From positions 372,001 through 436,000 of the forward strand of contig LSRY02000036.1 of the NCBI GenBank assembly GCA_001643675.2: a stretch of 64,000 bases of DNA, in the 5' to 3' direction. Position 1 is the first letter of the stretch; the number at the start of each line of letters is the position of its first letter. Both the position numbers and the translations under genes were made by a program. The notes below the pieces were generated by a model. The model did not search any database, was not told where the DNA came from, and worked only from the letters and a program-made list of their open reading frames with translations. This stretch comes from Monocercomonoides exilis PA203. Its lineage: Eukaryota > Protista > Preaxostyla. Below are positions 14,721 to 27,573 of this stretch, piece after piece.

Positions 14721-14829
14721 AAAAAGAAAAAGCAGCAGTTGCAATAGTAGTAGTAGTTGTTGTTGTAGAAGCAGCAGTAGAAGAAGAAGAAGAAGAAGAA
14801 GAAAGAGAAGAAACATTAGAAGAATCACC

Positions 14830-15830
14830 AAAAACTGAGCAGTACTTCTTCAGAACTTAGAGGAAACAATGCACATCTGAAGAGATTGCAAACACACGAG
14901 CTAAGCGAAGCAAAGAAGAAGGCAAGTATTTTGAGAGCAAATGACTTTGCAGGCCAACAGTGAGGATGTCAAAGAGAAGGGGATATTGCGACAAGCAGCG
15001 CTTGAGTGAGAGGAAAAGAGAGGGAGCTGTTCTTTCTCTGCAGAAGGAGCGGAGGACGATGCTGATTTGGGAGGCGCAGAAGACGAGGGAGGAGATGGCA
15101 TCACTAACAGCGCTGGAGGCAGAGGTGTGGAAGGGGTGGAAGTGGTGGGAGAGAGAAGAGGGTTTTAATAGAGAAGAAGAAGAAGAAGAGGAAGAAGAAA
15201 GAGAAGAGTTATTATTATTGCCGCAACCACTCAAACACCACACGGCATAATTTCTGAGAGTTTTGTGTGATTGATCAAACATCTGCACAAAGGATGAATG
15301 CAAAACTTTATCATCTTCTGTCTCATTTGCAACAGACAACACGAATTGCAGCAGAGTCACGTAACTTCTTCCAACTTCAGCAACATCTGCGTGTTTCTGT
15401 GTGGACAATGCTTCGATTGTCTGAAGAGAAGAAGTGAGGAAAGCAATTGAGGAATCAACAACTTTTGCTAAATGGACGAAGGAATCAGCATCCACATTTA
15501 GTGAAGATGTGCTGCTTCGTTTGCTCTTCGTTTTCTTCTTCGCATCGGATGAAGAAGAAGAGAAAAGAGAAGGAGAAGGAGAAGGAGAAGGAGAAGGAGA
15601 AGGAGAAGGAAGAGGAGGAGAAGGAAGAGGAAGAGGATGTGTAGGTGATGCGAGTAATAGTATTAATAATAGTTACAGTTATAGTAATAACAGAACTAAC
15701 AGTAATAAAAGCTCTAACAATTTCTTCAGTGACAGACGAGGAGAAGAGCAAAGCAGGTTTCAAAGTGCAAATGAGCTGCCTCAAACACCCTTTGGCTCAT
15801 CTCCTTCATTCACTGAAAACACATTTTCTT
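14830..15830 (-). pseudogene. Internal fragment of an unrelated host-like gene
   Basis: ORF 14857-15495 (212 aa, helical, contains a Ser tract) plus frameshifted upstream sequence. Bounded by (AGA/AGT)n at about 14745-14815 and (TTC)n at about 15848-15885. Confidence 0.55.
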
Positions 15831-16099
15831 TCTCTAAAAAATCTCTTCCTCTTCTTCTTCTTCTTCTTCTTCTTCTTCTTCTTCTTTATCCTCAAAGCCA
15901 TCCTTTTTTCTGTATCTTTTCACAAAGTGAAAGTTTGCACTTTGTCAACCTTAGCATAGCTCTTTCAATAAATACACGTGTCCTCCTCATATGTTCCCCT
16001 CATTTTCTCTTTTTCTTCTTCACAACCTACTTCAGGTACTTCCCATATCTCTTTCCATTTTATCATTTCAAAGGTTATCTCATTATCTCTGTCCAATCT

Positions 16100-16620
16100 C
16101 ACTTAATCCTCTCAGATCATCAAACATTCATCTCCATCTACAAAATTTTCACACATTTCGTGGACTTTCTGCAATTTCATCAACAGTCGTTCTCACATAC
16201 TTGTCTTCCGCTTCTCTCTAACTGTCTTATGCACTTGAAATCTTTTGTTGAATTCCGTTAACCTACGAAGCACATCACAATTCAAATTCTGCGGTTTGCT
16301 GCAAGCTCGATGCTTTTTCCACATCTGCTTCCTCTTTGACATACCTCAGCCCAACCAGTCATGCTCCTCAACAACCAGTGGAGCTTTGTTTTTTACGGTA
16401 ACGCCAGATTCAGTTTGATTCTTTCCGTAAACTACCTGAATACTTTCGGATAGACACCTTTTTCATCATTCACCTTTCTTCTTTCTCTGCCTCTTCTCGC
16501 TCATCCAACACCGTCAGTGCAATTGCTTCAGGAAACAGAGTCACATCCTTTTCCTCAACATTACAACCAAAAGCGCCTATATCACAATCTCCACCACTTC
16601 GTGTGTTTCAGCATTTCCCA
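16100..16620 (-). pseudogene. Family 'X' fragment, inverted and more diverged copy
   Basis: The minus strand reads GAGGAAAAGGATGTGACTCTGTTTCCTGAAGCAATTGCACTGACGGTGTTGGATGAGCGAGAAGAGGCAG, matching 22016-22085 (EDVVLSPAAIALAVLEEREEA). Confidence 0.7.
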
Positions 16621-16975
16621 TTTATTCGTTATTAAATGTCTTTCATTGCGCAATAGTTTTGTTTTCCAGCTTAAGAATAGCATTCGTTATAAATGATATT
16701 TTATTTTCTGCTTTTCATAAATATAAACCAAGAGCAATTGATAAGATCGATTTTTTATTCATCACATTGCTTTTTTTTCATATTATCACAAACTACTGAA
16801 CTATTTTCACATAAAATTAGATGTTCTAGTATCACAAAAATAAAAGATGTTATTTTAGGAATTCTATTTTTGATTGTCATGAAATGATATGTAAAATAAC
16901 TCAATCATTTGAAAGAAGTGAAAAATGACAAACGATGGTTATTTGATTTCAAAACGAATGATTTGTAAATGTTAT

Positions 16976-17623
16976 TCACAAGAGAAGCAACGAATTTAAC
17001 GAATCAAAGGAAAGCGAATGTCTATGATCACCGACGATTCGCTTTTGTCTCGAAAAAAGTCGTTCACATGAAGATTCACTATAAGGTGCTGTTGCGATAC
17101 AAAAACAAATGTTTGCAAAAATCGTTTCCATTCCACACTGTGATCCAATATGACTATTATACACATGCAGATTCTCGAGAAAACCAATTGAAGTTGCTGT
17201 ATGAATGTGAGTTTTAAGTAACGATGCAAATTTTTCTTGCGTTTCCTCGGTAAACTTCCCTAATGAATTATTGATAAATTTTTTGAATGATTGAAATATT
17301 CTGAAATACCAATTTGATGCAATTGAAATCTTTATTGAATCGACTGCTTGATCCTCCTTCTCCTTTGAAATTTCGTAAATAACTTGAATTTTTTTGTTTG
17401 AACCTGCAAAAATCACATCATCTTCATCTTCATGGAAAACATCTTTGTTTAAGTCGTCTATTACATGATAATCCGATTCGTCATTTAGTGTATCTTGAGA
17501 AAAAATAAGAGAAGATCTTGTTTCAACAAGGGTTAAAGCTTCGTCATTTAGTATTTCTTCGTATTCGTCATTTTCTGATTGCTCCTCTGCCTCAGATAGT
17601 TCATAAACTCTTTTGATGAATAT
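16976..17623 (-). pseudogene. hAT transposase C-terminal remnant (dimerisation domain)
   Basis: Open frame ending IATAPYSESSCERLFSRQKRIVGDHRHSLSFDSLNSLL, which matches the hAT motif S...CER.FS......R..L. N-terminal and central regions are missing. Confidence 0.85.
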
Positions 17624-19202
17624 CTATTTTGAATTCATTGCTCTCAATACATGAATAAAAAAACAATAAATAAAAATTATGATAAAATACCAAAATAAAG
17701 CTCATTTATGAATAACGAACGATCAACAGCCATTGAGACGGAAAAGAAAGTTGATTAATATATGATTATCAATTATATTTCCGCAACTGACACATTGTGC
17801 CAAATTTGATCAAAATTTGTCAAAAACTTTTTTCAATTCTGCAAACAATAGTGTGTATTTCATTAAACATTCCAATTTGTTTTTTTTAATTGAAAGGAAA
17901 ATGTTTTTAAATATAATATGGGAAATGACACGTCAAATTGACTCGTCCGTCAATTTGTCACCGACCCAAAAAAAACTTGTCAGGTCAGACAGGCTTAAAT
18001 ACTATATTTAATATTGACGTGTTTTTGACTTCAACCTTCAAAACATTGTTTTATGATAAAAGCAAGACTTTCAGGCCACAATTGAAAAAAACTGGTTTTT
18101 CTTAAAAACACTGCCATTTATTAAAAATAACTGGGGAAACTTGAAATAAACGGTTCATTTTGAAATATTTTTTTATTTCACAATTTATCTAATGAAACTA
18201 TGATTATTAAAGTGGGTGATTTTTTTTGGATTATGAATTAGTTGCATCGTTGATCTTTCAATGAGGAATTCTTATTAATTGATCGAGCTTATTGGATAAT
18301 GAAAGAAAAAGCCATTTTGAAAATTACAGAAATATCGCCAAAGAATTTGAAAACAGGCATGCAATCGACAACATTTTTCAATTTCAGTCTTAATCGGATA
18401 TCATCATAACTGTTTTTGCACAATTTTTTGTAACAATATCAGATTGTAATAATAAACGATGCTGCTTAACGCAGAAAAAAATATTAATTAATTAATTAAT
18501 TAATTAATTTTTGATCAAATTTTTTATTTTTGAAAATACTTCACAAATACGCTTTTTTCAATTGAGAAAACTTTTTTTTTCGATGATGCACATTATTTAA
18601 ACTTATTTGAGCACATTTTTGAAAAAGCAAAAAATTGAAATTTTTGATCAAAAAATAGATTTTTCAATGAAAAAAGCACACATAATGAAAAAATTGTGAT
18701 TCTATATTTTCTGCTCTGTGATAATATGAGATGGGAAATGAACGAAAAACAAGCAAAAAATGTCGGTGTATCAAAAAAATGTGACTATTAACGAATGTGA
18801 TAGAGTTCGATGTGATTATATCCAGTTTTAACTGCATTATCAGCAATGTTTGTGTTGTTTTCTGCAAATTTTGGAGATTTCGAATCAAAATATACAAAAT
18901 AAATAAACTCGAAACAAGACCTGAAACATTTGTAACCTTTGATTAGATATGAGTATTTTGTTTTAAAAAACACGAAATAAGAGAGCCAGAACAGAATTTG
19001 TTGCTATACAACAAAGGCGCATTTGTGTTATATCAGACATAGAAAAATTGATTTTATTGTTGACAGAAATGTTTTTTAATCAAATACATTAATGTTTTGA
19101 TTATAAAAAATGTTCGGAAGTTGGTCAAAATCAGGTTGAAAATTTTTCTTTTTTAAAAAAAAATGATTGTGGGTCAATGAAAAAAGTTGAAAAATCGAAA
19201 TA

Positions 19203-19560
19203 CAGATATCGCACAAAATACCGGACAAGATCGATATCACGATAACTGCAGGAGGAATAATTCTGATAATTTTCCTCAAAACACTTCTCGTCAATACAAA
19301 CTCATTTGAAAAACAAGACTTCACTTCAGCTATATTTGTGTTCAGAAAAAATTAATTATTGAAACTTCGGAGAAACTCAAAATTCTATTTCTCCGAGATT
19401 TCAAAAATTAATTTTTTCTGAGCACAAATATAGCTGAAGTGAAGTCTTGTTTTTCAAATGAGTTTGTATTGACGAGAAGTGTTTTGAGGAAAATTATCAG
19501 AATTATTCCTCCTGCAGTTATCGTGATATCGATCTTGTCCGGTATTTTGTGCGATATCTG
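19203..19560. mobile_element. 358-bp foldback MITE, TA TSD (Tc1/mariner-type ends), young copy
   Basis: Near-perfect palindrome CAGATATCGC...GCGATATCTG with arms of about 172 bp and a loop of about 12 nt, flanked by TA on both sides. Confidence 0.9.
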
Positions 19561-19909
19561 TAATTGTCAACAGTTGTGATTCATCTTACGTTCTGATGAA
19601 TGTGCACCATCAGATTATCTCAAGGCATTACAAAAAGGAATAATAAAACGAATGATATGTTCTAAAAATGAAAACAAAGGAAGTGTTTGGAGGGATTTGA
19701 ATTATTGACCATTCCATATACGGAAGAAAAATCCATGCGATCCGACCATTGCTTCACGACTTTGGATTCTATTTTGAATTATTTTCTTATTTTTAACCAT
19801 AACCCAAAAACAAAAAAAAAACTCAAAAAAGTTGATTCAAATGCAAACCCTAACCAAAAAACCACAATTGAAACAAAAATTGTTTGAGAAATAAAAACCT
19901 AAAAATATA

Positions 19910-20267
19910 CAGCTTATGCATAAAACACCGGACAAGATCAATTTCACAATAATCGCATGAGGAATAATTCTGACAATTTTTCTCAAAATACATCTTTTTA
20001 ATAGAAACTCATATGAAATTCAAAACTTTCAAAACTTCCTCGTACATGCTCAGAAAAAATATATATCGAAATCTCGGAGAAACTCAAAATCCTATTTCTC
20101 TGAGATTTGAAAAATAATTTTCTTTGAGCATAAAAGAGTCCATTTTGAAAGTTTTGTATATCAAATGAGTTTGTACTAATGAGATGTATTTTGAAGAAAA
20201 TTGTCAGAATTATTCCTCTTGCGGTTATTGAGAAATCAATCTTGTCCGGTATTTTTTGCACAAACTG
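19910..20267. mobile_element. 358-bp foldback MITE, diverged relative
   Basis: TA|CAG...CTG|TA ends, same length as the previous element, shares the CCGGACAAGAT and GAGGAATAATTCTGA blocks and the central GGAGAAACTCAAAAT.CTATTTCTC. Confidence 0.85.
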
Positions 20268-20270
20268 TAT

Positions 20271-20524
20271 AGGTGATTATTTTTGAAATCATATTTTTTT
20301 ATTCAATTTTTTTGTTCAAAAATTTCCTTTGTACAAAAATAAATGATCACTGAAAAATGAAAAGGCTCAATAAATAATTTTTTATCTTTATTTTAGCTGA
20401 TTCACTTATTCTTAAAACAATTGTGATAAATTAAGCATTTGAATTCTAAAGCTTTTCCCAATGACAAGCAGAATTTGAAAAAATAACATATCGAAAAAAG
20501 TTATGATTTCAAAAACAATCACCC
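20271..20524. mobile_element. 254-bp MITE with RGGTGATT TIRs
   Basis: AGGTGATTATTTTTGAAATCATA versus right-end reverse-complement GGGTGATTGTTTTTGAAATCATA (21/23). Followed directly by AGAT and the next element. Confidence 0.65.
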
Positions 20525-21164
20525 AGATGGGTCATTCTTTTTGAAAAGTCGCAAACGTTTAACTGATCTGAAAAAAAGATCAGAAATGATCAAAAAATGG
20601 TGATCATTCTGTTCCCATCATATATTGTCAGTTATCATATATTGTTATTTTTTTCGCTTTACAAAGAAAAACAGGATACAAATTAGTTGAAATAATATAA
20701 ATTATTAATTTTATTTTGTTATACACTTTTGTCAACGAATGTTTTCCAGCTGTTTGAATCAGATGATATAAATGTTTTTATTTCCTCATTTTCATTCTAT
20801 CTGTTTTAATATTCGTTATGAATTTATGGATGTTCTCTAAGTTTTTATTATTTTCTTTTGCTGCAAACTAAATAAAATTGATTTGCTTTTATTCGAGAAT
20901 TTTTCATTTAAAAATTAACAGTTAGGAAAAGTTTTCAAAAATACACTCGTAACAATCGGAAGATATTGAAAAAGGAGTTGACATATAGCAATCACTAATA
21001 TAATTTTAGAAAATTGGGAATGAAACATTTTTTCCCCGAAATAAACTGCATTTGTCACAAACTCACAAAAACAAATTTGATAAAAATTAATATTCAAATA
21101 GTTTGAATCATTCAAGTTTCTTTCAACTCGACATGTGCCTTTTTCTTCTCCCTTCCATTTTATA

Positions 21165-23450
21165 TAAATACATTTTTGAAAGATATCCTGCTTCAAATAT
21201 TTTAATTGCACGAAAAATGAAGATTTACGTGGATGATTTATCTTCCTGATCCGAATGTGGATGTTGTGTTTGTGTCTCCTGTGGAGCTGCCGGCAGACGT
21301 GGTAGTGTATCTGAAATAGCTTCTTGTGGCCGGGGAAGCTCGGCAGTTGTTTCTTCGCTCAGCACCTTCGTCTTCTTCGTCTTCCTCGTCTTCTTCAACT
21401 GGAGAAGCACGCCGATCAACTTCACCATTCCGGAGGCGGAGAAGCGAAGAGAAGAAATCTTTAGAGAATGAGAAGCCATCATCGAAGTCATCAGCGTCTG
21501 CAATTGGCCCTTCGGATGCCTCGACGTTGGCGGAGTCAAACACGTCAGCAGGAGCGATGGATGACATTGAGAGGCGGCTGCGGATTGTGGTGCCAGAGGC
21601 GGCTGGGGTGTATGGGCGGCACATGCCTCTGTCGCTGCAGCTGCTGCTGTCGCCGCGGGCGCTGCAGACGCTGCGGGGATATGTTGTGGCTCGACGGGCG
21701 GTGCTGTATGGGGGTGTTGTGTGTGCATACGATGTAGCGCTTTCGGCGATGCTTTCGGTTCCGCTGGTTGGGCCGCTTCCGTCGCTTACCACATCGAAGG
21801 TGATCACGAAGTCGGGGAGCAAGCGGATCTTTGCAGCGGCAGATGTGAATGCGTTCCAGTCGATCTACGATCTATTTGACCCGTTGTTGCAGATATAGCG
21901 ATTGTCTCAGTTAAAATATTTGGTGGTGAAGCTGGACGACGAAATGATGTGGTGAGGGGTTGCAATGTGAAAAGTCTGGGAGATTGTGGAAAAAGGGTTA
22001 AATGCAGCGGGGCTGAGGAAGGAGGATGTGGTTCTGTCACCAGCAGCGATTGCGCTGGCGGTGCTGGAGGAGCGAGAAGAGGCAGATGAATGTGAAGGGA
22101 ATGAGGAGAAAGGCGGATATCCGATATTACAAATAGAGTTTGTAGAAAGAATCAAAGAGAAACAGAGGAAGCTGGAAGAAGCGATGGCGCCGCTGGTTGT
22201 GGATGCGCTTGGGCTGAGTCGGCTGAGGTTTGTGAAGGAGGAGACCAAAGCAGAGGTAGACAAGCAGCATTCAGTGAAATCTGAAGTGTGCAGTATTTCG
22301 TCAGCAGATGGCATCCAACAGGAGATATTAAGAGCAGAAGAAGAAGCAGCAGATGGGTCTTTGGGAATAATATCAGATGGAAGTGAATGAAGTGTGAGGA
22401 GCAGGTGGAAATATCAGTTGATCATTTGATAATAATTAAGGAAAAAGATAAATCCCATGAAGTTTGTGGGGAAAAGCCGTTTGATTTGTGAGGAGTGAAA
22501 AGTAGAAGAAGAGGAAGAGGAGGAAAATGGAGGAATATTTGAGTGAAGATAGAAGAGCGGAGTGTCGTGGTTGTTCTATTAGGTTAAGGGATAACGAGAA
22601 GTGCATTGAACTTAAAAGGCAATCAGTAAATGATGTGTGTGCGCATTGCAGACGGGTAGACTCTGGATGTGCTGGGAGAGCTGTACATTCCGCTGACCAT
22701 AAGTTGTTAGAAGGTATCAATGAAATGGCGAAGATACAGCTGAGGAACAAAGCCGAAGAGGAATCTGACTTTTAAGCCGAGCTAGATCCTCATGCAGCAT
22801 GGGTCAGAGAGAGAAGCAGTGGTGAAGAAGGTTATTGCGGAAGATTTGGCGGTTATGTTTTTCACACTTTTTGAGAGATTCAAGTACAAAACAGAGGAGA
22901 ACGAGTTTGTGTGTGGTATCTTTGTCAGCCAGGATGAGCTGTCCCTCCTTGCGAATGAGCACATTGAAATGAAATCGCGGCGACTGTACTGTGAAGTGAC
23001 AGCGTCTGTTGTGATGGAGTGCAGATGATTCGGAGAAGGTGAAGTTCACAACGGAGAAGGGAATTGAAGCTGCATGGCGGAGCAGAGAAGGAGCTGGAGC
23101 AGGTGAAGCGAAGGAGATTCTGAGCAATTGTTCGGAGACACTATCAGTGCATGCGTTTGAGTGTGTGTTTGATGAGGCGTCTGATGCAGATAAACAGCTG
23201 ATATGGTTAGGTAAGTGAATAGAGGCATAGGTGCAGAAGGCGTGGAAGCGGGTTCATTCAACACGTCGGACAAGAGGCTCGGTACAGAAGAGGTGTTTAT
23301 TTGAGAAGACATTCAAATGCTGTACAGACGATGGGTTAACGCGGCTGTAATGCTTCGAACACCATTTCTAACCGACCACGCTTTCTCAGCGGTTGTTCCT
23401 ATGGATGCTCCCATGGCATTGAAGATGGCAGCAGAGAATCTTCATTACAA
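21165..23450 (+). pseudogene. Family 'X' fragment, longest copy
   Basis: Chain of plus-strand ORF pieces (21326-21898, 21986-22390, 22527-22775, 22792-23028, 23317 onward) broken by stops and frameshifts, ending in (TCT)n at about 23465-23540. Confidence 0.8.
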
Positions 23451-23475
23451 TTTTGTTTTTTCTTTTTCTTCCTCT

Positions 23476-23507
<32 letters not shown>

Positions 23508-23553
23508 CTCTTCTTCCTCTTCTTCCTCCTCCTCTTCTTCTTTTCCTTGCTGT

Positions 23554-26500
23554 TTAATTTTTTCTTCCCATCGTCATCTTCATCTCAAATTTCTCATCTG
23601 ACACATTTTTCTTCTTCTCTCTCTTCATCAGCCTCAGCGCATGTATCTCTGGAAGCACTTTCTTTGAACAGTATGTCAAATGTGTGTGTTCTGACGAGTT
23701 GCTCATCGATGTGCTTGTATCATTGGCTTTACGGTGTTTGTGCATCTCCATCGACAGCTTCATATCCTGATGTGAAGAAGAAGAGCACTTGTGCGACGAA
23801 TGGTACAAAGGCATCGGAGGTGGTACATCATCAAGGGGAGAGGAGGATTTGAACAGACGAGGAGGCGAATAGAAGAAGCGCTTCTGCGACGAGGTCTGTG
23901 AAGATGGAGAGAATGTGCCCAGGAGAAGCAGTGGGGGTATCAGCAGCGGAGAAGGAAAGAGGCGCAATAAGAGCAGATGAAAGAGATGAGGAGGAAGTGG
24001 TGGAGATGATAACAGACGAAGTGACTGCAGCTGGCAAGTTTGATGAGGGAGTTGGGGCCGCAACAGCAGTAGATTGTTGGAGGCTTCCTGGATGAGCCAA
24101 ATGAGAAGGGCGCGAGAGAGAGCTCGCCTGTGTGAGTGATTGCTGCGATGTGGCTGAGGATGTGCGTGTGAGGAGAGAGTCCGTGTTCTGAGAGGAAGAC
24201 AGTGATTGAGATTGAGACTGAGACTGAGATGAAGTCTGAGGTTGTCGGGTGAGTGCAGCGCAAGAAGGGGTGGATGTGGACATCTGCTGGATGGGCTGAG
24301 AGAAGGAAAGAAGAGCAGAAAAAGAGGAGGAAGCGAGAGATGTTGGAGAATTCAGAGAGGCCAAGGAAGAAGAAGGGGAGGATGAGGAAGAAGACGCTAA
24401 ATATTCAAGTAGCTTTTGAGCAGATTGAGTTGTAAGCGTCAGAAGTGTTGATCCTTTCGTCTTGTTTGTCGATATCACACTGAATGCAAAGTTCGCAGAC
24501 TGCAACTGGATATCTTCTCCTCCTTTTCGTGTTGGAGTGATAGAAGATTCATTCACTGTTTGTATTGTTATGCGTGTGGGAGCTGTAGACACAGGAATTA
24601 GTGTCTTGTCGGGCTGCCTGGGTGACTTCAGCTGAGTATTCGAAGCAGAAGATGTCTGAGAGGAAGAAAGCTTGCTGGGAAATAGCGTTGATTGGTCTGT
24701 TGAATTGGAGGATTTATGTCTGGAAGGAGAAGTGAAAGATGCAGATGGAATGGATGAGGAGGAGAGAGAAAGAGGAGGAGAAGAGGAAGATGATGACAAG
24801 GAAGAAGACGAGGAAGAAGCAGACAAAGTGGCTGACAAACTGGGCGGATACGCCACAGACACAAAAGGAGGCGGAGAAAGAAGAGAATTGGCCATTGTAT
24901 CATCTGCAGAATTCTGGGGAAGTGAAAGTGGAACCTGCGATTGAGCGAAAAAGTGGGGAGTTTGAAGGCGTGGAGATCCATCTGACTGTGAAAGCTGTTG
25001 CTGCTGTTGACTCTGGTTTCGTTGTTGGCTATTCGCTAAACTTCCATATGAGTTTTCTTTCAAATTCAATTGCTTCACTTGACCGCTATCTGAAAATGAA
25101 TTGTAAGTTTTTGAAGAAATATGAGAATCTTTCATGGTTTGATTGCTTTTCCCATCTTCTGCTTGCGTGATATCAATTTCAGTGTTTGCTTCAAGCATTC
25201 CATTTCCATCTTCTTTCACTGAAGCATTAAAGGGAGGAGACAAGCCCAATGAATTGTTGTTTTGTGGAGTTATTCGCCACAAATGAGACTGTTGAAGCAG
25301 CTGTGACTGCTGTCTCTTTCGAAGATTGTTGGAATATACCTCAATTGTTTTTATGACTGATGAAAGGAACGGAGAAGAAGAGGAAACAGAAGAAGATGTT
25401 GACGATGTTGATGATACTGATAAAGTTGTATTAGTTGTATTTACAGAAGTTGATGATGATGATGATGAGTCCTCAGAAGGCAAAGAAAGAGGTGTCAATT
25501 GTGGATACATTTCAGGCTGTGAAAATTGATAACGATTGCTTCCTTTGCTTTGTGGAGTGCTATTCAATGGATTACTCTGCTTTCTTGTTGGCAAAAAAAG
25601 AGACGAAGCAGAAGCTGAAGAAGAGGAAGAAGTTGAAGAGGAGGAGGAAGAGGAAGAATTAGAATTATTCGAAGCATTACCAACAGAGTTTGCATTCTGA
25701 ACTGTTGAGAGCATTTTTCCCGTCTGCACAACCAGCCTCTCGTCATCGAATGTCTGCTATGTCTGTGTCTGAACAGGCCTTTTCTCAGATGTGCTGAATG
25801 AAGCAGAGGCAGAAGAGAAGTGGTTGACAGATGCAGACGACGAAAGCACACTCGAATTCCAGCGGGTCGGAACAGAAGACGGCTGCAAAGGAACTCGGGG
25901 CAGAGGAGAAGGGTTGATTGGGGATATGCGTTGCATCAGCTTCAATGGAGAACAAGAAAGAGTTTGAGTCTTGTTTAGCACTTCAGCATGTGCAGATGCA
26001 GAGGGGGTGGAGAAGTTGGATGTTGAAGAGGAAGAGGAAGAGGATGATGATGACAAAGATTGAGAAGATGATTGAGATGCTGCTGATGAATGAACAGGGC
26101 TGATTGATCGCAGAAAAAGAAAACTGGCCAATGAATGGAACCTCTTTTGCTGAATCCTCTATGAATTGCTCATTTCGCTGCTTATCCTCTCCTTTTCATT
26201 CATCTCGTCTCCTCTTCTGCATTCAGTTGGGTCTGGTCGAAGACCTGCGCCTTTTAATTGTTGTTGTTGTTGTTGTGAATGTGTCTACCAATTGTCACTG
26301 CAAATGCTGTTTTGTGTGCCATCAGATGGAAGAGGTGGTGGAGGGACAGTCGCAAAAGATACCACACCCGACGCCACCATCGTCACAGGAGTGGGAGGAG
26401 ACAAAGAAGAAGAAGAAGAAGATGACGATGATGACTGTGGTGGTGGCGATAAAGAAGAAAGCGAAATGCTATATTGGAATTATTGAACTTTCAAGCAGGG
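23554..26500 (-). pseudogene. Ser/Gln-rich low-complexity gene fragment
   Basis: The 632-aa ORF 23831-25729 is in frame with ORF 25757-26131 across a single TAG. The frame continues with more stops downstream of 23831. Confidence 0.65.
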
Positions 26501-27350
26501 AGAATGCTGAGGAAAAGAAGGAGGGATGGCTGCGATTCGTTGAGGAGATATCTCTGGATGAGATGAGTGTGAAGCAGGCGCTGATGGAACAGAAGGAAGT
26601 CGAACCGAAGAAGTGAACGAAGAAGAAGAAGAAGAAGAAGAAGAAGAAGAAGAAGGAGAGGATGAGGAGGAGAAGAAGGAGAAGGAAAGAGAAGAAACAA
26701 TGGCTGGAGTTGAATGGTTTGGGGAAACGAGTTAAGATAAAGCAAATGATTGTGCAGGAGTTTTTGAATGTTGTGAGCGAAGAGAGGAAGGTGATTGAGG
26801 AAGAATGGAAGGAGATGAAGAATGTGGAGTGGGAGAAGATGCATGCGGTGCGAATGTTTGCGCGTGATGTGGTTTTGATGAACACGACAGCTTCGCAGAG
26901 GTCGGCAGAGGTGCTGATGCAAGCGACAGGATCGAGCGCGCTACAAAGTGGCAGCGCAAAAAGGACATAAAGCAATTCACTGAAGTATGATGGAACTCTT
27001 ACGTTGTTTTGCACGTTAAGCTTCTTGCTGAGAAAAGTGTTTGTGCTATATCCAGTGCGCTTGATGATTCGGCAGTCGAATATGTGTTGCAGAAGAGAGT
27101 GAAGGCTCACGGTGGAGTAAAAGCAGAATGGAGGGTGCTGGAGGCAGATTGGAGAGACAGGAAGAATATGTCGCAGGATGCGGAGAAAGAAGTGCTGCTT
27201 GAGTTTCTGGGGAAGAAGAATCTGCAAAGAGCGGAAGTGGATTTGTTGATGATTATATGGTTGTTAAAGGAGAAGAGTGTATCTGAAATCGTGGTTTGGA
27301 TCCTGTTGGATGCATGTAGGATGGTGTTGTCGCGTAAATGCATGAGATAA
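26500..27350 (+). pseudogene. Decayed helical gene fragment
   Basis: Protein-like ORF pieces 26662-26970 and 27009-27350 with stops and a frameshift, plus a (GAA)n tract at about 26617-26690. Confidence 0.45.
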
Positions 27351-27573
27351 CAATGGTGAAAGGGGTGAAAGTGTGTTGAAGTTTGGCCATCTAATCAATG
27401 TGCATATTTTTGTGTTTGGAATAGAAGAAGAAGAGATGATGAAGAAGAGAGAATGAAAATGAAGCGAAGAAAAAGGGAAGACGGAAGAGAGAACACAAGT
27501 TTTGATAATTCCATCTTTCAATACTATTAACTATCATCGCAGCATCTGATTCAACTTCAATATCGGTGACTGT

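Larger units (their letters stand above)
12278..17997 (-). mobile_element. Non-autonomous hAT transposon enclosing gene fragments
   Basis: 21-bp perfect TIR TAAGCCTGTCTGACCTGACAA (12278-12298 and 17977-17997). 8-bp TSD AATACAAT/AATACTAT with 1 mismatch. Contains a hAT transposase remnant. Confidence 0.9.

Noticed and set aside
25757-25759. In-frame TAG within QTQT*QT, suggesting the TAR=Gln code known from some oxymonads
   Set aside because: Genes here end in TAA (36655) and TAG (60559), the 6.7-kb ORF has no internal TAR, and the fragment has other lesions. A CAG-to-TAG nonsense change is simpler.
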